Shown here: in pieces, positions 1 to 6,360 of the stretch | Numbering within the stretch: position 1 is the stretch's first letter | Layout: the number at the start of each line of letters is the position of its first letter | From: Candidatus Paracaedimonas acanthamoebae | Lineage (GTDB): Bacteria; Pseudomonadota; Alphaproteobacteria; Caedimonadales; Caedimonadaceae | DNA: 32,000 bases | Assembly: GCA_000743035.1 (NCBI GenBank) | Contig: CP008940.1 | Coordinates: 33,131-65,130 of the forward strand | Reading direction: 5' to 3' | Notes under the pieces: model-generated | What the model saw: the letters and a program-made list of their open reading frames with translations, nothing else | Databases searched by the model: none | Told to the model about the DNA's origin: nothing | Program-made: the position numbers and the translations under genes

Positions 1-421
1 CCCTGCAATAAAACGGCCAGATATTGATTTAATTATTGGCAAAGATTATCCAATTGATGAAGAAAAAATAGAAAAATTTAAAAAGCGTTATTTATAGCCT
101 TAGGAGAAAAGAAAAACCACGACCCAGCAAGAGGTTGAACAGTATATGTTATTTTTGTGAGGGGTGAGGGTGAAAGATCCGGGAGCGCGAAGGCTTTAAA
201 GAGATTCAGGTCCCGAACACCATCACGATGCCTGGCAAGGTTGTGTTGAAGGCGCAAGGGAAGATTCAAGGTCATCGCCCTGAGGTGCAAACTGAGCTGA
301 TCACTAAAGCGCCCCAGGTTGATCTCCCCCGTCCTCTTCCTCGGCAAGAGCTGTATGATCTCTGTGTGGGTCATCGCCCAGGCGGGAAACAGAGCATGTC
401 TATTTTAAGAACTATAAAACT

Positions 422-514
422 CTAGAAGAAGCTAAAGATATCTTTGAGTATATCTTCACATTTTATAACGCTAAAAGGAGGCATTCGATACTCAACTACC
501 AAAGTCCAAATTAG
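422..514 (+). pseudogene. Orphan C-terminal tail of an IS3-family DDE transposase (OrfB)
   Basis: Translation from 422 gives LEEAKDIFEYIFTFYNAKRRHSILNYQSPN*. This matches the conserved IS3 OrfB tail (..YN..R.HS.L.Y.SP). Upstream frames are broken: ORF 228..425 is in a different frame and ends in TAG at 423. Confidence 0.6.
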
Positions 515-527
515 TGGGAATACAACT

Positions 528-583
528 ATTACAAAAATCAAACCATCTCAGTTCATACTGTCTAGTTTTTTGTAGAAAGATCA
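528..583. repeat. Terminal repeat region of the IS3-family element, ending ...GTAGAAAGATCA
   Basis: It lies directly after the transposase tail. It resembles IS150-type ends (TG..CAAAAA..GACA read inward). A closely related copy of the same ~60 nt occurs at 11018..11088. Confidence 0.5.
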
Positions 584-695
584 GTCTGATGTCATGTGTT
601 AAAAATGTTCTTATACACGAAATATTAATCATTTTTTATTTTAATAATAAAAGTAGCATAAATTTTGAATGTAAAATTCTATCAAGGGAAATAAA

Positions 696-1214
696 ATGAA
701 AGTATCCAGATTTCTTTTAAATAGCAGCGTTGTCTTTACAGCTTGTTTTTTAGTATCTCATGCTAAAGCTGACGTAATATCAGACAATATAAGTAAACTA
801 GCAAGTTCTGCCAAGGGCGCAACAAGCAAAAGCGCAGTTCAAAAAGCTCTATGTAAAAAAGCTAGCTTTTTTAGTGGAAAAATCAGCCTTCGTTCTTTTG
901 AAGGAAAACTGTGTGTTGGTCCATTAGGAGCATTTGCTCTTCTTGCATGTAAAGGATACTCTGATGGAGACGGGCCTTTCACTGATTCTTCTTGCTATAA
1001 AAAAGCTATTAGTAGTGTTGGTGGGGGTGATCCAGATGTATCATCATCAACTCTTTTAATCAATTCATTAAAAGGAACGGCTTCAGCAACGTTTAAGGTT
1101 GTTAAACCTCTTGTATGTACGTTTGGTCCTATTGCCCTTGACGCTACAGGTGCTGGTGCGCCTCTTGGGGTAGCTCTTGGAGCTGGCTGTGGTGCTTCTG
1201 ATGCTATAAAATAA
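696..1214 (+). CDS. Small secreted Cys-rich, Gly/Ala-rich hypothetical protein
   Basis: ATG preceded by AGGGAA. The N-terminus MKVSRFLLNSSVVFTACFLVSHAKA looks like a Sec signal peptide. Eight Cys in the mature part and a GA-rich C-terminus. No family recognised. Confidence 0.6.
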   Translation: MKVSRFLLNSSVVFTACFLVSHAKADVISDNISKLASSAKGATSKSAVQKALCKKASFFSGKISLRSFEGKLCVGPLGAFALLACKGYSDGDGPFTDSSCYKKAISSVGGGDPDVSSSTLLINSLKGTASATFKVVKPLVCTFGPIALDATGAGAPLGVALGAGCGASDAIK

Positions 1215-1242
1215 TTTAAAATCATGTAAGGTTTAACTGTTT

Positions 1243-1270
1243 GGGGGATAGCATCCTCCTTAATTTTTAT
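1243..1270 (+). terminator. Possible weak intrinsic terminator after 696..1214
   Basis: GGGGGA-tagca-TCCTCC stem (one G-U pair) followed by TTAATTTTTAT. Confidence 0.3.
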
Positions 1271-1323
1271 CTGACGTGCCAAGATCTACATTAGCCAGTA
1301 TTCCTGTAGTCGCATAGATTATC

Positions 1324-1755
1324 ATGATTCAATGCTATTGGCTGAAAAAGAGAGGAATATACATTAGGTCTTGTAGCATAAGCGCCGATGGTTCAGTAAT
1401 TGTTGGCAGCATCGAGGATGAGAGTCAACAGAATCAGACAAGAGCCTGATAGACTCCTAAAGAGGGCTTAGAACCTGTTGAAGCAATCTTTCATGATGAG
1501 GAGATTTTACCCTCTTAGTGGAGAATAACCAAGGTGAAGGTAATAAATCCTAGTAGGACGATTCTTGTAGGAGAGAGGTACGCTGATAGGAAGACTTACG
1601 CATGGCGTGATGTTGTTATCCTCACAAAAAATCAAACCCCTAATTTCTGCCCTCAACCGCAAACTACGCCTATAAGGATGGAAGTACTGGAACTCAGACA
1701 CGCGCATGGCGTGCTGTTATCCCAAGAACTAATCTCTTTTAAGGGCCCGAACTAA
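1324..1755 (+). pseudogene. Decayed repeat-protein gene (HAF-type / autotransporter-passenger-like extracellular repeats)
   Basis: One frame reads ..SISADGSVIVGSIEDES..* and the next ..INPSRTILVGERYADRKTYAWRDVVIL... This is the S.DGS.IVG....A(F/W)R pattern of HAF-family repeats. Several stops and frame changes are present, and a DNA repeat ACGCATGGCGTG(A/C)TGTT.TTATCC occurs twice. Confidence 0.4.
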
Positions 1756-1869
1756 GGTTTTAACAATCAGGAGCTTTTCATATCCTCCTGTCGACTCAAA
1801 AATAATCAAAGGAGAATCATAGTTTTTAACTGAATTTAATAATGAACCCTGCCTCACTTTTGCAAGTGA
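1732..1869 (-). pseudogene. IS110-family transposase N-terminal fragment
   Basis: The minus-strand frame reads KVRQGSLLNSVKNYDSPLIIFESTGGYEKLLIVKT. The E(A/S)TGGYE motif is the IS110 DEDD signature, also present as VGFEATGGYEKL in the intact copy at 8535..9485. Only about 45 codons remain. Confidence 0.5.
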
Positions 1870-1916
1870 TCAGCATGCAAGGATCCTGTCAAAATACAAG
1901 CATCAAAACCATAAAG

Positions 1917-3731
1917 TTATGAGTCCTTCCATGTCAAATAAATGCCGTTTTCTGCATTCTTTAAATAATGTGTCGGTGTGAAAGAATGCTGCTGGGCGAG
2001 CTTTAAGAAAGCTTTGCTTGCTAACGTATAAAAATAAATGTCAGATTGTGCCTGTTGGTGGGTTATGATAAGGCGCTTATCATTTGTTTGATCTGCTTTT
2101 AAGATGCTTGACGTTGCCTCCTCAAGATGGACCTCAAAGGGTTGTCTTGTTAAAAGTAAGGTCGTCGGCTGCCGTAAAATTATTTTGTATCCTCCATCTT
2201 TTCCAAATGGAATATAAGTTTTAATGTATGGCTTTAGCTCTTTCTTAGCCCATTGTTTAAAAGCTTGATGTAATACGCCTATGGCTCCATTTGAATTAAC
2301 ATGATTGCCCCGTCCAGTGATAATAGTGCATTCTTTCTCAAAATTATTATATCTTTTCACCATAAATTCCTGAACTTTATTTAATGCTTCTAAAGAGGAT
2401 GTTTTATGAAGATCTAAGATTATTTGTTTGACATTATGAAAACAAAAATAAAGGCGTTTTTCTCGGTCCTCAATGATAGTAGCAGCTGGCCCTTGTAGTT
2501 CTTCATAAAAATACTTAAAAAGGGTGCCATTATTGTAACTAAAAAGCTCATTTACAGAAAAGGAAGCATCAGGCCTTAATTCAAAGACAAAGGTAACATA
2601 AGGATGCTTTGCTCTCTCCAAAGTTAAAGCAACTTCTTCTTTTAAAGCTGCATAACATTGCTCGAGGGTGTCCTTGTTAAGAAGGGAAGGTTTTACAAGA
2701 ATTTTATCTTGAAACCCATGCTTCCCTTTCTCAAAGTCTTCTTCTTTAAAACCAGCTCGGACCATTAAATTATAAAAAGTTCCTTGGTCTAAGCGCGTAG
2801 TATCAACTGCTCCCCCATAAAAATGGTAAGCAAATGAGTTTCGAGCTTGGTTTTCTTTTTGAGTATAATTATTGATTGTTAGTCCTTCATGATAGATATC
2901 CCAAACCCCTTCTGCTGATTTGTTACCTTCTGTCCCATAGCGATCCTCACTTATACCGATGGGATATTTATATGATCTCATATGTGCCAGTATCCACTGC
3001 AGATGGTCATAAATATCTTGGCCATCTAATTTGTATTTAAAATGCCGTATTTCATACGTTGGATCTTCTGCAGTTTCAGCAATTAAAAAATCAAGGTAAG
3101 GCCAAAATTGTTGCCAAGAGTATTTCTGAAAATAGATATCTGTAGCTTGCGAATCAATTTTCAGATGGTTGGCAATAAGAGTAGCAAGGTGTTGAGGACG
3201 ATTTTGCCGTTGTTTGATGAGAGGGGCTCTACGATTGAGGTCAAGAGCATAACATAAATCTTCTAAGGTTGGAGCGCTTGTCATCTTAAGAAACCGATCC
3301 ATTTCTTGAGAAGCTGCTAAGAAATTTCCTGACTCTTCAAAAATTTCAACCTGTGCTCTTATTTTCTTTAAAGTTTTTGGAGTATTTGTTTTTTGAGTTT
3401 TTACTTTTAAAATAGAGTGGGGAGATGAGGTTGATTGCTGACTTTGCTTATTTTCCCTCTTATCTACTTTAGCCTTTTGTAAATTGGTTTTCTTTTTAGA
3501 TTTTTTTTGGAGAGAAGGGCCTATAAGGCTAGACGCACAAACCCTTGAAGGAGCTGCGCCAGCCTCTCCTCCCTCATTTAGTATTTTCTGTTTACCTTTC
3601 CAACTTGAATAAACAATGCTGGAGACCTTAGGATTATCTTCTTGCTCTTGACTTGCTATACTTGGATAGGAGTTTATTAAGAAGAAAGTACTTAATAAAA
3701 AAAGTAAAGGCTTGCGCGTAAAATATTTCAT
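1917..3731 (-). CDS. Secreted Smr-domain protein (604 aa): signal peptide, Lys-rich tract, unknown central region, Smr nuclease domain
   Basis: RBS AGGGGAG upstream of the ATG. Signal-peptide-like MKYFTRKPLLFLLSTFFLINSYPSIA|SQEQED. Smr signature ILDLHK...CTIITGRGNHVNSNGAIGVLHQAFKQW...GKDGGYKIIL (nt ~2172..2423). Basic tract LQKKSKKKTNLQKAKVDKRENK (nt ~3357..3512). Confidence 0.8.
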   Translation of the reverse strand: MKYFTRKPLLFLLSTFFLINSYPSIASQEQEDNPKVSSIVYSSWKGKQKILNEGGEAGAAPSRVCASSLIGPSLQKKSKKKTNLQKAKVDKRENKQSQQSTSSPHSILKVKTQKTNTPKTLKKIRAQVEIFEESGNFLAASQEMDRFLKMTSAPTLEDLCYALDLNRRAPLIKQRQNRPQHLATLIANHLKIDSQATDIYFQKYSWQQFWPYLDFLIAETAEDPTYEIRHFKYKLDGQDIYDHLQWILAHMRSYKYPIGISEDRYGTEGNKSAEGVWDIYHEGLTINNYTQKENQARNSFAYHFYGGAVDTTRLDQGTFYNLMVRAGFKEEDFEKGKHGFQDKILVKPSLLNKDTLEQCYAALKEEVALTLERAKHPYVTFVFELRPDASFSVNELFSYNNGTLFKYFYEELQGPAATIIEDREKRLYFCFHNVKQIILDLHKTSSLEALNKVQEFMVKRYNNFEKECTIITGRGNHVNSNGAIGVLHQAFKQWAKKELKPYIKTYIPFGKDGGYKIILRQPTTLLLTRQPFEVHLEEATSSILKADQTNDKRLIITHQQAQSDIYFYTLASKAFLKLAQQHSFTPTHYLKNAENGIYLTWKDS

Positions 3732-3770
3732 ATTGATGTCTCCCCTTTAATTTATGATTAAAATATATTT

Positions 3771-3910
3771 GGCGCTGTTGCAAAAACTTTCTAAAGTTGC
3801 AGCTAAGATTACAATTAAGCTAAGGATTTTAAATTTCGGACATAGTTGGGACGTAGATATTAAAAATATCCTACGAGTTAATTATCACCATCAATTTTTG
3901 CAACACGACC
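3771..3910. mobile_element. 140-bp miniature (MITE-like) derivative of an IS6-family element
   Basis: Ends GGCGCTGTTGCAAAAAC (3771..3787) and TTTTTGCAACACGACC (3895..3910) form inverted repeats. They match the 16-bp IRs GGCCCTGTTGCAAAAA of the intact IS6 element at 13332..14160 (IS26-type GGCACTGTTGCAAA). No ORF inside. Confidence 0.65.
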
Positions 3911-3915
3911 TTATT

Positions 3916-4620
3916 TTACTTGAGCTCTAAGCTTATACAACCCTTTGCCGTGATTTTTGTATAAGCGCTAACAGTGCTATTGGATGGCTGCTTTGATTGT
4001 TTAGATTTCTTTTTTCTTTTTATAATTTTTGGCTCTACCTTTTTTTCTAAAGCAGGAACTACACTTAGTTTAAAATTCTTAAAGGGAGCATTTGCTCCAT
4101 ATAAGCTTACCGTATGCTTCCTTCTCTTCTTCTCTTTACTCTTTTTAGTATGGTGACCATTTTTTAAGGTAACCTTCCACCCACCTTCCTTATTAATAGA
4201 ACGTATTTTCTCAATATAAGGTTCAAATTTTTTACTACATAAATAATGATAGCATCTATTCCAAAGAAGCCCCATTATTCCTTGAGGATTATTAAGTCCC
4301 CTTCCTGTAATAATTTCCACGGTAGAAGCATGGTTGCGATGTGCTTTCCTAATAAATTGATCAACCCATTTAAATTTAACCTCCGTAGGTACTTTCCCAT
4401 GAAGGTCGAGAAAAGTATAAGGTTGCCTCTTTTGAGCTGAAATAGTCTCTTCTTTCTTGAGGAAAACAATGAGAGCTTGCTGGCTACAAATAGGAATTAC
4501 TTCTTCAACTAAGGCGCTAAAGAAAGGCTTTTGTAAAAATTCTAAGCACTGATGGGCAACTAGACTTTGATCCTCTTGTGAAGTGAAATCTTCGAGATCT
4601 ACTAGGCTCGCATTTTGCAA
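3916..4620 (-). CDS. Smr-domain protein with highly basic C-terminal tail; true start uncertain
   Basis: Smr signature YTFLDLHGK...VEIITGRGLNNPQGIMGLLWNRC...NKEGGWKVTLK (nt ~4162..4419). The tail carries KKSKEKKRRK and KRKKKSK. The listed start is TTG. The frame stays open upstream to 4740 and is the same frame as ORF 4741..5217. Confidence 0.75.
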   Translation of the reverse strand: MQNASLVDLEDFTSQEDQSLVAHQCLEFLQKPFFSALVEEVIPICSQQALIVFLKKEETISAQKRQPYTFLDLHGKVPTEVKFKWVDQFIRKAHRNHASTVEIITGRGLNNPQGIMGLLWNRCYHYLCSKKFEPYIEKIRSINKEGGWKVTLKNGHHTKKSKEKKRRKHTVSLYGANAPFKNFKLSVVPALEKKVEPKIIKRKKKSKQSKQPSNSTVSAYTKITAKGCISLELK

Positions 4621-4740
4621 ATTAAAAAAACGAAAATCTAAAACAGTGTATTCTCTTTTATCTTTACTTAATTTATTGAGCTCTTCATATAAAAAAACAT
4701 GAATATCTTTCAGGGTTGAAGCCTTGTCTATACAAATAGA

Positions 4741-5217
4741 TCATTTCTTTCCAACAATAAACTTTTCCTTAATAGTATAAATTCTTTCTTCATGAGTAAT
4801 TCTCTTAAGTAATTCTTCCTTATCTTCAAATAAAGTGCCTTTTGCAGAGTGAGCATGATGGTAATGTATTCCAAGAAGATATGCCCCCTTAAAGCTTGCG
4901 CCATTAATATTAGCATCTGTTAGATCTGACTTTTTCAACTTTGCTTTATGGAAGTTTACTTTAGAAAGATTAGCACGGTGAAATAATGCTCCTGCCAAAT
5001 TTGAGTGAGAAAAATTAGCCCCTCTCAAATTAGCACCCGTAAAATCAGCCCCTTTTAAATTCATATCTCTAAGATCTGCACCTTGTAAGTTAAACTCTAC
5101 AGCACAAACCCGCTGACCAGCATTTACTTGTACATGCAAGCTTTTCAAATCTTCCTCATCAAAGGCATGAGCAAGGTGTACAAAAAAGAATAAAAGTAGG
5201 GAAAGGCTATGTTTCAT
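4741..5217 (-). CDS. Secreted pentapeptide-repeat protein
   Basis: Signal-like MKHSLSLLLFFFVHLAHA|FDE. A run of A(D/N)LxG pentapeptides follows: NLQGADLRDMNLKGADFTGANLRGANFSHSNLAGALFHRANLSKVNFHKAKL. Ends in TGA. Confidence 0.8.
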   Translation of the reverse strand: MKHSLSLLLFFFVHLAHAFDEEDLKSLHVQVNAGQRVCAVEFNLQGADLRDMNLKGADFTGANLRGANFSHSNLAGALFHRANLSKVNFHKAKLKKSDLTDANINGASFKGAYLLGIHYHHAHSAKGTLFEDKEELLKRITHEERIYTIKEKFIVGKK

Positions 5218-5394
5218 GTTTCAATACTGTATTAGGAAAGCAGGATAAGCAAGGGATCCTATTAAAATTCAAATAAGCGCCCAAGCTTTGAAGCCAAAAA
5301 AACCTAGCATAACTTTCCAAAAATCAATCCTTAAAAATAATCCTTGATCCTTAACACAGTATCACAACCCTTTTGAAAGATAACAGGGCCCAGC

Positions 5395-5838
5395 TTAGGC
5401 TTTTATGCAATGCAAATAGTCATCTTTGCCATAATCAATAATTTTTTGATCCCTTGTAAGAAGCGGTATGCCAAGAACTCTTGCTGTTGCAACGATAATC
5501 CTATCAGCGGGATCACCGTGAAAATTCCCAGGAAGAGAAGCACTCTCAACAGTAACTTCTGGGGTGAGAGGATATAAAGTAATGCCTGGTGCCTCAAGAC
5601 TTCTTTTGATCCAAGCCAAGCAAGGCTGATTCAAGAGTATTCTTCCTTTAGCGTGGAGCATGCTTACTTCCCAAAGAGAAATAGCGCTTATAGCAATAGC
5701 ACCATCAATAAGACATGCCTCTATAACATTTCTTGCTTCTGAAGAAAGTTCTTTTTCTCCACTCATGAGCCACAGAAAAGCATGAGTATCTAAAATTAGT
5801 CGTATATCAGGATAATGCTGCATCCCACTTTTCCTCAA
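5395..5838 (-). CDS. vapC: PIN-domain toxin (VapC family)
   Basis: ILDTHAFLWL...ISLWEVSML...GDPADRIIVATARVLGIPLLTRDQKI shows the typical PIN acidic-residue pattern. The start may be the internal MQHYPD (5823). It overlaps the upstream antitoxin gene. Confidence 0.85.
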   Translation of the reverse strand: MRKSGMQHYPDIRLILDTHAFLWLMSGEKELSSEARNVIEACLIDGAIAISAISLWEVSMLHAKGRILLNQPCLAWIKRSLEAPGITLYPLTPEVTVESASLPGNFHGDPADRIIVATARVLGIPLLTRDQKIIDYGKDDYLHCIKA

Positions 5839-6049
5839 TTGGGCTAATGATGTCTCCCTTTACTTTGAGAGACTGTTTCATGAAACCAAAAAGAGAAGAG
5901 GGCGTCTCTGTATAAGGCACCAGTTTAGCAACAGGAACACCGCGCTTAGTGATAATGATAGTTTCATGCTTTTGTTCAGTGAGGTCCATGAGCTTTAAAC
6001 ATTTGGCTTTAAATTCACCTGCGCCAATTTGGATCATAGTTATCTCCAT
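5807..6049 (-). CDS. Phd/YefM-family antitoxin
   Basis: IQIGAGEFKAKCLKLMDLTEQKHETIIITKRGVPVAKLVPY is the Phd/YefM N-terminal fold signature. About 80 aa, overlapping the PIN gene. Ends in TGA. Confidence 0.8.
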   Translation of the reverse strand: MEITMIQIGAGEFKAKCLKLMDLTEQKHETIIITKRGVPVAKLVPYTETPSSLFGFMKQSLKVKGDIISPIEEKWDAALS

Positions 6050-6053
6050 GATT

Positions 6054-6071
6054 ATATGTCTATAGTCATAT
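6054..6071 (-). promoter_or_regulatory. Near-palindrome upstream of the phd-vapC operon (candidate operator)
   Basis: ATATGTCTATAGTCATAT is an 18-nt palindrome with one mismatched pair, immediately 5' of the antitoxin start. TA operons are classically autoregulated at such sites. Confidence 0.3.
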
Positions 6072-6360
6072 AGTATACAATTATATATTTAAGAAGCAAT
6101 AAATTTTTTAAATTCTTAAGGCCTTAAAAAGTATAAATAATAATATGCTAAAATTAGCTAGTTTCATAATATGAACCAGAAAGAATTTATACAAACTTTA
6201 AGATATTGTGAAACGCTATGGTAGTATCTGCTTCCTATATCGAAGGCAGGCTTGTTAGTAAGTTACTTAAAGTGGTTTTAATGATATGGCCTGAGGATCT
6301 TTAAGCTTGAAAAGGCCTAAGAGACTATATTTAATTGTAAATTATAGGGGAGACATCAGT

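Noticed and set aside
2-97. Open frame at the window edge (PAIKRPDIDLIIGKDYPIDEEKIEKFKKRYL*) that could be the 3' end of a gene starting upstream
   Set aside because: Only 31 codons are visible, no recognisable motif, and it borders IS debris. This is too little evidence to call a CDS.
130-420. RNase P RNA, SRP RNA, tmRNA or a group II intron fragment as the identity of the GC-rich block
   Set aside because: Only vague resemblances are present (GTGAAAGATCCGGGAGC versus the RNase P GAGGAAAGTCCGGGCTC; CAGGTCCCGAAC versus the SRP CAGGTCCGGAAGG; CGGGAAACAGAGCA versus a group II domain I stretch). None of the full conserved cores is there. It is kept only as an unexplained block.
4741-4743. Genome-wide reassignment of TGA (for example to Trp) as the explanation for the in-frame TGA between the pentapeptide and Smr ORFs
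   Set aside because: TGA ends the Phd-type antitoxin (5807) and the second VapC (12429) at positions that fit normal protein lengths and gene overlaps, so TGA behaves as a stop here. Local read-through remains possible and is reported as a finding.
5371-5390. TTTTGAAAGATAACAGGGCC just downstream of vapC, resembling a solo IS6 right IR (TTTTTGCAACAGGGCC)
   Set aside because: Only the last 9 nt match exactly and an indel is needed. It may be a decayed IR but is not supportable by itself.
6307-6360. TTG start at 6307 for the RNase III protein, as given by the ORF track
   Set aside because: ATG 6361 has a strong RBS (AGGGGAG). Homology to the leader of gene 1917..3731 begins at that ATG and its 5' UTR. 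The extra 18 residues would bury the signal peptide.
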